From NCBI GenBank assembly GCA_965222605.1, contig OZ244960.1, forward strand, positions 1,280,001-1,344,000: a DNA stretch of 64,000 nucleotides. The letters are read 5' to 3'. Numbering within the stretch: position 1 is the stretch's first letter; each line of letters opens with the position of its first letter. The translations under genes and the position numbers were made by a program. The notes under the pieces were generated by a model, which saw nothing but the letters and a program-made list of their open reading frames with translations, made no database searches and was not told the origin of the DNA. Shown in pieces: positions 40,219 through 50,700 of the stretch. This stretch comes from Candidatus Latescibacterota bacterium. GTDB taxonomy: Bacteria; Latescibacterota; UBA2968.

Positions 40219-42648
40219 ATGTACACAGTGGTTCTGACCTTGCAACCAACCGCGAACGTGACGGTCACCGTGACCGTACCGTCTGGTTCGGATGCCTCGG
40301 CGTCCCCGTCGCCACTGACATTCACGGCGGACAATTGGAACGATTCGCAAGCAGTGACTGTCACCACACAGGCCGACATAGACGACCAGGATGACACAGT
40401 CACACTGAGCCATGCAGTAAGCGGTGGGAACTATCAGGGCGTGACCGCGGAAAACGTGACAGTAACAATTGCAGAGGTGGATGTCAGCCCCAACAACTCG
40501 CCAGTCTTCACCAGTGTCAATACCTTTGGTGTAAAGGAAAACGAAACTGAGGTCGGCACAGTGGTCGCCACAGATACCGACGATGCGGGAGACGACATCA
40601 CTGGCTATGAGATTACCGGCGGTGTGGCTCAGGCGCAGTTCTCAATCACGAGCGGGGGTGTATTGGCCTTTGTGACCGCCCCCGACTTTGAGCGGCCACC
40701 CGCCACAGCGAGCAATAACGAATATGTTATCGTGGTCACGGCGACCAGCGGTACGGGCAGCCGTGAACGGACAACGAATCAGACAATTAGCGTCGTCGTA
40801 GATGACGTAGATGAACCGCCGGGACAGCCGCTGGCACCAATATTGGCTGTTCTCAGCAATGATGTATTGAAGCCTATCGAGGTAAGACCGAACCGGACAA
40901 GCCCGACGAATACGGGACCTGACATCACCGCCTGGGAAATTCAGCATCGCGTCAAAAACAGCGGTGACTTTATCAGCGACCCTGTGAATCAGGCATCGGA
41001 TTGGGTGTTTGAACTCAAGGGTTTTTATCGAAACACGACCTTCGAGGTGCAGGTGCGGGCAAAGAACGACGAAGGAGAGAGCGAGTGGTCTCCTTTGGCC
41101 GAGGCGACGATTTCCAATGCCTCGCCGATAGCCAGCAGCATTGACGATGTAACGCTTCCAGCGGGAGGTGCTGTCGAGATTAGCTATGTGCATGGCGGGT
41201 TCGTCGGTCCCAACTTTATATATGGCGGGTTCAACGTTCCCGACGATGACGATAGCGACTTTGTGCATGGCGCGTTCGACGATCCCGACGATAGCGACTT
41301 GAGGTTCACCGCGACATCGAGTAACAGTACAGTCGCGACCGTGCAGATAATCAATGAAGTGGTCCTGATCAATCCGCTATCCGCCGGCACTGCGACCATT
41401 ACCCTAACGGTGACCGACCCCTGGGGCGCGACCGCCTCAACAACCTTCGATGCGAATATCCAGACGCCGACCTTATCGGCTCCTACCCTGAGCATCAGCG
41501 GCAACCTCTTCACTTTTGGATTCACCGATAACTTCGCGGCCAACGAAACCCGGGCGTATCAGGTCAGAATCCGACAAAAGACGAATATTGGACTATGGGC
41601 TACAGGGTGCTTTGCGGAGACGAACGATGAAGATTCCCCAAAGTCCGTTACGGTAACGCTACAGGACCTGATCTCCGATTTCTTCGAACCGGGCACCACT
41701 TATGAGGCTGATTACGGATACCTCGGCACGGATTGTGGAGATAGCGTAATGGGTATTCGCTCCGCGACTGCTGAAGCGACGACCATCAGAACCTCTTCCT
41801 TCGATATCGACCTTATCTTTGTCGGCAGCATCTCCTCGAAGTACCGGTCCGCATTTGAAACCGCCGCCCGGCGTTGGGAGCAGATCATCACGCACGATAT
41901 CCCCAATCAGCATTTGTCCCGTAGCAGTCGCGATTTCTTGAACAGTGTTTATCCGGGAACCACCGCCCCCGAAGTTGTCGATGATCTGGTGATTTACGTG
42001 AGAATGGTTGAAATTGACGGAGAAGAAGGCACCCTCGGACGGGGGGGAGTGCATAGGTGGCGCCTCCCGTCCTGGATGCCAATCGCATCCGGCGTCCAGC
42101 TTGACCAGGACGACGTCGGCACAATGTCTAATGCAAAACTGGCAGCCCTTATGCTACACGAGATAGGTCACACCCTGGGATTCGGCACTAATTGGGACTA
42201 CCTGCTGCAGAACCCGTCGCTCGTATATGGCAATGCCATTGTTCCCACGCCCGACACGCATTTTTCGGGTATAAACGCGATTGCGGCTTTCAATGCTGCC
42301 GGCGGATCGAGCTACACGGGCGAGAAAGTGCCGGTGGAAAACACATTAGGAATATCCCGGGACGGTCACTGGCGGGAATCCGTGCTCGACAACGAACTCA
42401 TGACGTCCAGGGCGGCCGAGGCTGTTTCCTTCCCGTTGAGCGCGATCACGATCCAAGTGCTGGCCGACATGGGCTATCGCGTTGATGTCACACAGGCAGA
42501 TGCTTACACCCTACCTGCGACGTCCTCTTCCTCTAATACCGGCGTAAGGGCGTCCGAGGGTCTCAACTGTACCATCATAACACATCCCGACGCCGGACCC
42601 AATGAGCCTGAGCCTATTACCCTGAATCTAAAGCGGGCGGGTAACTGA
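40219..42648 (+). CDS. Gene A': split C-terminal part of A with cadherin, FN3 and a leishmanolysin-like (M8) zinc metalloprotease
   Basis: Colinear with the C-terminal third of gene C; HEIGH (42157-42171), GHWRES, ELMT. The ATG at 40219 lies between two copies of a 20-bp duplication. Confidence 0.75.
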   Translation: MYTVVLTLQPTANVTVTVTVPSGSDASASPSPLTFTADNWNDSQAVTVTTQADIDDQDDTVTLSHAVSGGNYQGVTAENVTVTIAEVDVSPNNSPVFTSVNTFGVKENETEVGTVVATDTDDAGDDITGYEITGGVAQAQFSITSGGVLAFVTAPDFERPPATASNNEYVIVVTATSGTGSRERTTNQTISVVVDDVDEPPGQPLAPILAVLSNDVLKPIEVRPNRTSPTNTGPDITAWEIQHRVKNSGDFISDPVNQASDWVFELKGFYRNTTFEVQVRAKNDEGESEWSPLAEATISNASPIASSIDDVTLPAGGAVEISYVHGGFVGPNFIYGGFNVPDDDDSDFVHGAFDDPDDSDLRFTATSSNSTVATVQIINEVVLINPLSAGTATITLTVTDPWGATASTTFDANIQTPTLSAPTLSISGNLFTFGFTDNFAANETRAYQVRIRQKTNIGLWATGCFAETNDEDSPKSVTVTLQDLISDFFEPGTTYEADYGYLGTDCGDSVMGIRSATAEATTIRTSSFDIDLIFVGSISSKYRSAFETAARRWEQIITHDIPNQHLSRSSRDFLNSVYPGTTAPEVVDDLVIYVRMVEIDGEEGTLGRGGVHRWRLPSWMPIASGVQLDQDDVGTMSNAKLAALMLHEIGHTLGFGTNWDYLLQNPSLVYGNAIVPTPDTHFSGINAIAAFNAAGGSSYTGEKVPVENTLGISRDGHWRESVLDNELMTSRAAEAVSFPLSAITIQVLADMGYRVDVTQADAYTLPATSSSSNTGVRASEGLNCTIITHPDAGPNEPEPITLNLKRAGN

Positions 42649-42666
42649 TGTTACCTCGCGCATTAT

Positions 42667-45600
42667 ATGGATTATACCAATATGAAACACCGCGTTAAAA
42701 TTTTCCCACTCGCGCTCGGCATCGCCAGCGTATTGAGCCTTTTGCTCTTGGTATTTCCCCTATCCACACAGACCAGCAGTTTTTCCCTCTCTCTGGATTT
42801 AGATAATTCCGAAGGCGACCAGGCAATCTCCTCTCTCGATGTATTTCCCAATCGCGTTGTTCCCATTCAAATCTTCGGCACAGATATTGGGGCTGCAAAC
42901 GATCTCTCCCTGCGCTTTGAATTCGACCCCGCTCAGGTTGCTTACGAAGCATTTAAGCGGTCGAATATCGTATCGGGCACCTCTGCGCTTACGGGAAAGG
43001 ATTTTACAAATATCGGGATAACCCTATCGGCAGGTAATGCATATAGTGGTCTTATAGGCACGATTCACTTTCGCACAATGGAGGCATTTTCAGGTACAGG
43101 CATACGATTGGTGCGTGTCAAACTTGTGCGAGATGGACAAACGGAGACCGTATCGCTGCTGGACCTGAGTGTTACCTTGCGGCTTGCGAAACCGCCTTCT
43201 CCAGACTTTGACAGGAATGGGACGGTGGGTATCCCCGACTTTTTGCTCTTTGTCGATACATTTGGGTCCGAAAGAGGTCAAGATACTTATGAGTCAAAAT
43301 ACGATCTGAATGTGGATGGCGAGATAGGGATCCCCGATTTTCTGATCTTTATCGATAACTTCGGCAAAGTGGTCAACCGCGCACCTGTCTTCACGTCGGA
43401 GCCTCCTGTGACGCTCTCCGTAGATGAGAACACGCCATCGGGACAGGCAATAGGTGATCCTATCACAGCCAGTGATGCTGAGGGCCATACGCTTACCTAT
43501 CGCCTCAGCGGTGCCGATGCAGACAGTTTTGCCATTGAGGAGAGCACAGGGCAAATTCAGACGAAAGGGACGTACAACTTTGAGCAGCAGGACAGCTATT
43601 CCGTCACTGTCCATGTTAGTGATGGCGAAGGTGGTGAGGCCAGCCTTGCTGCAGGTATTGCCATCACTGACATCGACGAACCCCCTATGCCGCCTGCCCC
43701 ACCGAGTGTCTCGGCGATCGCTCCCACAACCCTGACGGTAATCTGGACAGAACCTTCCAACACCGGTCCTGAGATCACCGACTACGATGTGCAATACCGA
43801 CAAGCCGATAGTGATGTGTTCACAGATGCGGATTATGACGGCACGGAACGGTCGGTACGCCTGACGGAACTGTTTTCAAGCACGCGCTATGCAATTCAGG
43901 TGCGGGCGCACAATGAGGAAGGCACGAGTGAATGGTCTGAGTCGAGTGAGTGGAGCACCTCTGCGCTGTCGATAATACCGGGAGGCGGCGGTACACCACC
44001 GCCTCCACGACCACCACGACCGCCTCCACGGCCTCAACCACCGCCTCCACCTCAACCACCCCCTCCACCTCAACCGCCGAGTAATAAGCCCCCGACCTTC
44101 GACGACGGCTCAAGCACCACGCGCAGCCTGGCCGAGAACACAACCGGGACCCACAACATCGGCAACCCCATAAGCGCGACCGACCCGGAGGGCAGGTCCG
44201 TGAGTTACCGCCTCATCAGTGGGGATACGGAGAGTTTTGCCATCGACCCGAACACCGGTCAACTGCAGACCGGGACAAGCGTCGCCTTCGACTACGAAAC
44301 GAAGGATCGCTATTCGGTAAGGGTAGAAGCAGCGGACGAGCAGGGTGGACGGGCGACCATCACAGTGACGATAGACATAACTGATGACGACAACGAACGG
44401 CCAGAAAGACCCGACAGGCCCACGGTAACGGCTTCGACGTTGACGAGCCTGACCGTACGCTGGACCGAGCCACAGAACACCGGTCCTGCCATCAACGACT
44501 ACGACATCCAGTATAAGGAGAGCGGTGGCACATTCACCGACTGGCCGCACAATGGACCCGGCACGAGCACGACCATCATCAGCCTGGAGGCCAACACATC
44601 CTATGAGGTGCGGGTACTGGCGCGCAGTCTCGAAGGACAGAGCGATTGGTCCGAATCCGTTACTGTGAGCACTGTCGCCAACCAGGCGCCCACGTTCAGC
44701 GAAGGATCGAGCGCCACCCGCGCCCTCGACGAGAACACCACCGGCGTCCAGAACGTCGGCGATCCGGTAAGTGCCACCGACCCGGAGAACACCACGCTGA
44801 CCTACAGCCTCGAAGGCACGGACCAGGCCTCCTTCACTCTCGATGTCAACCAGCTTCAAACCAGAGCGAGCGAAACCTACGACTACGAAGAGAAGAACAG
44901 CTATGAGGTAACGGTTCGCGTAGAAGATGATCAGGGCGGCAGCAACACCATCGAGGTGACCATCAACCTGATTGATGAACAGGAACCGCCCGGGGACCCG
45001 GCAGCACCCAGCGTCATACCGGCCTCTTCCACCAGCCTGACCGTGACCTATGACGAGCCAGCCAACACCGGTCCCGACATTGACGACTACGACATCCAGT
45101 ACCGCGAAGGGGACAGCGGCGGCTTCACCTCCTATACACACAACGGCGCGGAACTCGCCGCAACCATCACCGGTCGGAGCCCGGGCACGAGCTATGAGGT
45201 GCAGGTGCGCGCGCACAACGACGAAGGCACGAGCGATTGGTCGCCGTCGGGCACGGGAAGCACCCACCCCAACCAGCCCCCGGTCTTCACCGACGGGTCG
45301 AGCACCACCCGCGCCCTCGACGAGAACACCACCGGCGTGCAGAACATCGGCGATCCGGTCAGTGCCACCGACCCGGAGAACACCGCGCTGACCTACAGCC
45401 TTGAAGGCACAGACGCGGATGCCTTCACCATCAACTCGCGCAGCGGTCAACTTCGGACCAAATCGGATCAGACCTACAACTACGAGGCAAAGCCCCGCTA
45501 TGTTCTGAGTATCAAAGCAACCGACGGGCACGGCGGCAGCAGCACCATCACCGTTTTGATAAACCTGAACGACGTCAACGAGCCGCCGGAGTTTACCAGT

Positions 45601-48600
45601 GACGCGGCCTTCGAGACTGGGGAAAATGGCACGAGGGTCGGCGAAGTGGTCGCCCGCGATGAGGATAGTGCCGACGATATCACGAATTACACCATCACCG
45701 GAGGCGCCGACCGCGACCTGTTCGAGATCGCCAACACCGACGAGCTGCACTTCAAGGACGCCCCCAACTTCGAGGATCCCACGGACAATGGCAGAAACAA
45801 CCAGTACAACGTGACCGTCACCGCCACCGGCGGCGTGGGAGGCCGCGCCCTGACCGCACAGCAGACGATCACCGTCACCGTGGAGGACGTCGACGAGCCG
45901 CCGGGGAAGCCCGATCCGCCCACCGTATCGGACGAGACGGAAAACAGCCTGACCGTGACATGGACCGAGCCGGTCAACATCGGGCCTGACATCGCGAACT
46001 ACCACGTGCAATACCGCATCAGCGGCACATTCACCGATTGGCCGGACACCGGCCCGTCCCTGACCCGCACGCTCACGGGCTTGAGTTCGGGCAGCACCTA
46101 CCAGATCCGGGTACAGGCGGAGAACGACGAAGGGAAGGGCGCGTGGTCCAATTCTGTCAACGGCACCACGCTCACCGCGCCGACCGACGCGCCGCCGGAG
46201 ATCAGTGCCTCGACCTTCACCGTCGATGAGGGGAAGACAGCGGTGGCGACTTTGACCGCGGAGGATCAGGACACCGCCGCGGCGGACCTGGAGTGGTCAA
46301 AGGCGGGCGGCGCCGACGCGGGCCGGTTCACGCTGAGCACCGCCGGCGTCCTGGCCTTCGCGGCGGCCCCCGACTACGAGAACCCGGACGACGCCGACGG
46401 CGACCGGACCTATGAAATCACCGTACAGGTCAGCGACGGCACCCACACGGATACGGAAGACATGGTCGTGACCGTCAAGAACGTGGATGAGGACGGCACC
46501 GTGTCGCTGTTCCCGGCGCAACTCCGGGTGCGGACGGTGGTCCGGGCCACCCTCACCGATCCGGATGGCGATCTCAACGCCGTGTCCTGGCGGTGGGCCG
46601 AGTCCTGGGACAAGACCACCTGGACCAACATCGACGGGGCGACCCGGGCCGATTACCTGCCGACGGAAGCGAGATGGGGCAAGTACTTGCGGGCCACGGC
46701 AACACGCTACAGGGACGGCGAAGGTTCCAACAAGACTTCACGGACGGAGTCGAACGCCACGGTCGGCGAGCGGGAGCCCGGCCCCGAGCTGTCGGTCAAG
46801 ACGCTGGTGTCCGGCTTGAGATTTCCCTGGGGGATCGCCTTCACTCCCGACGGGACGATGCTGTTCACCGAACGGGATGGCCATCGGCAGCAAGACCCAC
46901 TTCCCGACCCTCCCGAAGGGCTCAGCAGCCGGCTCACCGATGGCACGCTCCAGACCGTGTCCGCCGACTTCAGCGACCTGGATACCGACGAAAACGGTGG
47001 GGTGATGGGGCTCGAAGTCGATCCCGACTTCGTCGACAACCGGCGGATCTACATCTGCCAGCAGCGTACCGGCTCCGTGATACAGGTGGTCGCCTGGACG
47101 ATAGACGCGACCTACACCACGGCCACCCGAGCCAATGATCCCCTTGTCGGGAACATCCCGAGGGTGGACAACCACAACGGCTGCCGCCTGCGCTTCGGCC
47201 CCGATGGCAATCTGTGGATCTCCACCGGTGACACCGAGGCTATCGGGACCGTCCCGCAGGACCTGAACTCGCTCGGCGGGAAGATACTGAGGGTGGACCC
47301 CTTGACGGGCGTCGCGCCCGCGGACAACCCGTTCCCGGGATCGTTGGTCTACTCGTACGGTCACCGCAACCCGCAGGGCCTGGCCCTGAGGCCCGGTACG
47401 AGGCAGATGTGGTCGGTCGAGCATGGCCCGACGGTGGACGACGAGATCAACCTGCTGGTCCGCGGCGCCAACTATGGCTGGGATCCAGTGCCCACCGACG
47501 AGAACGGCGATCCGACCTCCGGCTACGACGACACCGCCCCCATGACCGACCTGGTGAAGTTTCCCGGTGCGGTCGAGGCCAGGTGGTCGTCGGGTAACCC
47601 GACCCTGGCCACGAGCGGGGGCATCTTCCTCGAAGGCGAGCAGTGGGGCCTCTGGGAGGGCCGGCTGGCCGTGGCCACGCTCAAGGGCCGATCATTACGC
47701 ATCTTCGAGTTCACCGAAGACGGGACCTTCGTGAGCCACGTCGTTCCGGAGGAACTCGACCACTTCGGTGACCGTGACCACCGACTGCGGACTCCGATGA
47801 TCGGTCCCGACAATGCCTTGTATCTCTCCACTTCTACGAGGGGTTGGAGGGATGATATCCTGAGGGTCACCCCTCAGCAGGCGCCTGAGTTCCCGAACGC
47901 CGCCGACACCCGGCAGGTGCCCGAGAACACCGGCGGCGACATGGTCGTCGCCACGGTCGAGGCGACCGACTACAACCACGACGAACTCACCTACACGCTG
48001 GGCGGCACCGACGGGGAGTCGTTCTACATCCTGGACGAGAACATCGGCGAGCTGCGAGTCCGGTCCACAACGCAACTCGACTACGAGACCAGGCGGACAT
48101 ACGAAGTCACCGTCACCGCCGACGACGAGCAGAACACCAGCGACACGGTCACGTTGACCATCGAAGTCACCGACGTCGAGCACGAGGGGACGGTGATCCT
48201 TCCCTTGACCCAGCCCCGGGTCGGCAGCCCGGTCCAGGCCAGTCTGTCCGACCCCGACGGTGGCGTCACCGGCACGACCTGGAAATGGGAGCGCTCAGAC
48301 GACGGCGTCACCGGCTGGGAGGACATCGACGGGGCCCGGTCGGCGTCGTATACGCCCGGCACGGACGATATCGGCAAGTATCTGCGGGCCACGGTCACCT
48401 ACACCAACATCCACGGACCGGACAAGACCGCACAGAGCGTGACGTCCGGCGCCGTAGGCACCGCGCCCAACAGCAACCCGGAGTTTCCTTCAGCGTCGCT
48501 GGTCCGCCGTGTGGCCGAACACACCGCGGCGGGCCGGTCCATCGACTCACCGGTCGAGGCCGACGACGCCGATGGCGATCCCTTGCAGTACGCACTGTCG

Positions 48601-50700
48601 GGCATGGATGCGGACCTGTTCGACATCAACAGTTCAACGGGACAGTTGCTGACCAGGGCCGCCCTCGACTACGAGGTGGCCAACGAGTACGAAGTCGTCG
48701 TCTCGGTCAGTGATGGCAAGGACACGAACGACTTGCCCGACGACAACGAGGTCGACGACTCCGTCACGGTGACCATCGAGGTCACCAATGTCGACGAGCC
48801 TGGGTCCGTGTCGCTGCTTCCGGCTCAGCTCCGGGCGTGGACGGTGGTGAGGGCAACGCTGAGCGACCCGGACGGCGTGGATCTCCACGCCGTGTCCTGG
48901 CAGTGGGCCGAGTCCTCGGACAAGACCGCCTGGACCAGAATCGACGGAGCGACCCAGGCCGACTACACGCCCACGGACAGCGTCCAGGGGCAATACCTGA
49001 GAGCCACGGCGGGCTACACCGACGGCCAGGGCACCGGGAAGACCACCGAGGTGGTGTCGGATCATGTGGTCGGCGAGCGGGAGCCCGGCCCGGAGCTGAC
49101 CGTCGTCCCGCTGGTCTCCGGCCTGAGCGTTCCGTGGGGGGTGGCCTTCGCGCCCGACGGGACGATGCTGTTCACCGAGCGGGGAGGCAGGCTGAGCAGT
49201 CGGCTGACCGACGGGGCGGTCCAGTCCGTCAGTGCCGACTTCGACGACCTGCTCGTATCGGGAGAGGCCGGATTGATGGCCATCGTCGTCGACCCCGCGT
49301 TCGCTTCCAACCGACGGTTCTACACCTGTCAGGCCCATACCGGGCCGGAAGTGCAGGTGATTGCCTGGACGATAGACGCGACCTACACCGCGGCCACCCG
49401 CGCCGATGACCCCCTCGTTGACAACATCCCCGCCGCCAGTCAGCACAGCGGCTGCCGCTTGCGTTTCGGTCCGGAGGGGTATCTGTGGATCGCAACCGGC
49501 GACGCCTCGTCCGGGACAGTCCCGCAGGATCGGAACTCGCTCGGCGGGAAAGTGCTCCGCGTCAACTCCTCGACGGGCACGGCGGCGCCGGGTAACCCGT
49601 TCGGGACGCGAGTCTACACCTCCGGCCATCGCAATCCACAGGGGCTGGCGCGCCGTCCGGGCACGAACCAGATGTGGTCGGTAGAGCACGGCCCTACGGT
49701 GGACGACGAGATCAACCTGCTGAGCGCGGGCGGCAACTACGGTTGGGATCCGGTGCCGTCCTACAACGAGGGCGTGCCCATGACCGACCTGGTGAAGTTT
49801 CCCGGTGCGGTCGAGGCCAGATGGTCGTCGGGAAATCATACGTTGGCCACCAGCGGCGGCATCTTCCTGGAGGGAGAAGACTGGGAGGAGTGGAACGGGC
49901 GGCTGGCGATCGCGACGCTGAAGGGGCAGTCGCTGCGGGTCTTCGAGTTCTCCGCGAGCGGCGCGTTCATGAGCCATGTCGTTGCGCCCGGCCTGGACGG
50001 TGCGTACGGCCGGCTGCGCACCCCCATGCTCGGCCCTGACGGCGCCCTGTACGTGACCACCTCGAACGGCGCTGGCGCGGACCGGATACTCCGGGTCACC
50101 GCCAGCCGGGCGCCCGCGTTCCTGACCAACACCCAGATTCAACATGTGGAAGAGAACAGCAGCACCTCGGATGTCGTCGCCAGAGTGTTGGCCCTCGACC
50201 CGAAGGGCGAAACGCTCACCTACACGCTCAGCGGCCCCGATGCGCCATCCTTCAATACCGCGGATGCAACCGTCGGAGAGTTGCGTGCCAAAGTAGCGCT
50301 GGACTACGAGACCCGGAGTTCATACGAGGTCATCGTCACCGCCACGAACCCGGGTGGTTTCAGCGACAGCGTCACGTTGACCATCAACGTCACCGACGTG
50401 AACGAGCCGCCGGGCAGGCCCGATCCGCCGACGGTGAGCGGCGAGACGGAAAACAGCCTGACCGTGAGCTGGGACGAGCCGGCCAACACCGGGGCCGACA
50501 TCACCAATTACCATTTGCAATACCGCATCAGCGGCGCGTTTACCGATTGGCCGGACACCGGCCCGTCCCTGAGCCGCACGATCACCGGCTTGAGTTCGGG
50601 CACGACCTACCAGATCCGGGTACAGGCGGAGAACGACGAGGGGAAGGGCGCGTGGTCCAATTCGGTCAACGGCACCACGCTCACCGCACCTACAAATTGA
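42667..50700 (+). CDS. Gene B: secreted modular protein (cohesin-like, dockerin-like, cadherin/FN3 stalk, two PQQ-dependent sugar dehydrogenase domains)
   Basis: Shared N-terminal cassette. GSDH motifs PWG.AF.PDG, H.GCRLRFGP, GHRNPQGL, EHGP..DDEIN, NYGW at about 46790-47870 and 49093-50100. Confidence 0.88.
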   Translation: MDYTNMKHRVKIFPLALGIASVLSLLLLVFPLSTQTSSFSLSLDLDNSEGDQAISSLDVFPNRVVPIQIFGTDIGAANDLSLRFEFDPAQVAYEAFKRSNIVSGTSALTGKDFTNIGITLSAGNAYSGLIGTIHFRTMEAFSGTGIRLVRVKLVRDGQTETVSLLDLSVTLRLAKPPSPDFDRNGTVGIPDFLLFVDTFGSERGQDTYESKYDLNVDGEIGIPDFLIFIDNFGKVVNRAPVFTSEPPVTLSVDENTPSGQAIGDPITASDAEGHTLTYRLSGADADSFAIEESTGQIQTKGTYNFEQQDSYSVTVHVSDGEGGEASLAAGIAITDIDEPPMPPAPPSVSAIAPTTLTVIWTEPSNTGPEITDYDVQYRQADSDVFTDADYDGTERSVRLTELFSSTRYAIQVRAHNEEGTSEWSESSEWSTSALSIIPGGGGTPPPPRPPRPPPRPQPPPPPQPPPPPQPPSNKPPTFDDGSSTTRSLAENTTGTHNIGNPISATDPEGRSVSYRLISGDTESFAIDPNTGQLQTGTSVAFDYETKDRYSVRVEAADEQGGRATITVTIDITDDDNERPERPDRPTVTASTLTSLTVRWTEPQNTGPAINDYDIQYKESGGTFTDWPHNGPGTSTTIISLEANTSYEVRVLARSLEGQSDWSESVTVSTVANQAPTFSEGSSATRALDENTTGVQNVGDPVSATDPENTTLTYSLEGTDQASFTLDVNQLQTRASETYDYEEKNSYEVTVRVEDDQGGSNTIEVTINLIDEQEPPGDPAAPSVIPASSTSLTVTYDEPANTGPDIDDYDIQYREGDSGGFTSYTHNGAELAATITGRSPGTSYEVQVRAHNDEGTSDWSPSGTGSTHPNQPPVFTDGSSTTRALDENTTGVQNIGDPVSATDPENTALTYSLEGTDADAFTINSRSGQLRTKSDQTYNYEAKPRYVLSIKATDGHGGSSTITVLINLNDVNEPPEFTSDAAFETGENGTRVGEVVARDEDSADDITNYTITGGADRDLFEIANTDELHFKDAPNFEDPTDNGRNNQYNVTVTATGGVGGRALTAQQTITVTVEDVDEPPGKPDPPTVSDETENSLTVTWTEPVNIGPDIANYHVQYRISGTFTDWPDTGPSLTRTLTGLSSGSTYQIRVQAENDEGKGAWSNSVNGTTLTAPTDAPPEISASTFTVDEGKTAVATLTAEDQDTAAADLEWSKAGGADAGRFTLSTAGVLAFAAAPDYENPDDADGDRTYEITVQVSDGTHTDTEDMVVTVKNVDEDGTVSLFPAQLRVRTVVRATLTDPDGDLNAVSWRWAESWDKTTWTNIDGATRADYLPTEARWGKYLRATATRYRDGEGSNKTSRTESNATVGEREPGPELSVKTLVSGLRFPWGIAFTPDGTMLFTERDGHRQQDPLPDPPEGLSSRLTDGTLQTVSADFSDLDTDENGGVMGLEVDPDFVDNRRIYICQQRTGSVIQVVAWTIDATYTTATRANDPLVGNIPRVDNHNGCRLRFGPDGNLWISTGDTEAIGTVPQDLNSLGGKILRVDPLTGVAPADNPFPGSLVYSYGHRNPQGLALRPGTRQMWSVEHGPTVDDEINLLVRGANYGWDPVPTDENGDPTSGYDDTAPMTDLVKFPGAVEARWSSGNPTLATSGGIFLEGEQWGLWEGRLAVATLKGRSLRIFEFTEDGTFVSHVVPEELDHFGDRDHRLRTPMIGPDNALYLSTSTRGWRDDILRVTPQQAPEFPNAADTRQVPENTGGDMVVATVEATDYNHDELTYTLGGTDGESFYILDENIGELRVRSTTQLDYETRRTYEVTVTADDEQNTSDTVTLTIEVTDVEHEGTVILPLTQPRVGSPVQASLSDPDGGVTGTTWKWERSDDGVTGWEDIDGARSASYTPGTDDIGKYLRATVTYTNIHGPDKTAQSVTSGAVGTAPNSNPEFPSASLVRRVAEHTAAGRSIDSPVEADDADGDPLQYALSGMDADLFDINSSTGQLLTRAALDYEVANEYEVVVSVSDGKDTNDLPDDNEVDDSVTVTIEVTNVDEPGSVSLLPAQLRAWTVVRATLSDPDGVDLHAVSWQWAESSDKTAWTRIDGATQADYTPTDSVQGQYLRATAGYTDGQGTGKTTEVVSDHVVGEREPGPELTVVPLVSGLSVPWGVAFAPDGTMLFTERGGRLSSRLTDGAVQSVSADFDDLLVSGEAGLMAIVVDPAFASNRRFYTCQAHTGPEVQVIAWTIDATYTAATRADDPLVDNIPAASQHSGCRLRFGPEGYLWIATGDASSGTVPQDRNSLGGKVLRVNSSTGTAAPGNPFGTRVYTSGHRNPQGLARRPGTNQMWSVEHGPTVDDEINLLSAGGNYGWDPVPSYNEGVPMTDLVKFPGAVEARWSSGNHTLATSGGIFLEGEDWEEWNGRLAIATLKGQSLRVFEFSASGAFMSHVVAPGLDGAYGRLRTPMLGPDGALYVTTSNGAGADRILRVTASRAPAFLTNTQIQHVEENSSTSDVVARVLALDPKGETLTYTLSGPDAPSFNTADATVGELRAKVALDYETRSSYEVIVTATNPGGFSDSVTLTINVTDVNEPPGRPDPPTVSGETENSLTVSWDEPANTGADITNYHLQYRISGAFTDWPDTGPSLSRTITGLSSGTTYQIRVQAENDEGKGAWSNSVNGTTLTAPTN

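Noticed and set aside
42640-42655. Integron attC sites at gene junctions (AAC...GTT)
   Set aside because: Only 4 nt between the arms, far shorter than attC; no integrase present.
44110-46011. Long minus-strand ORFs in the array (also 48634-50145, 54127-55929, 36507-37388)
   Set aside because: Antisense shadows of GC-rich, codon-biased repeat genes; no recognisable motifs.
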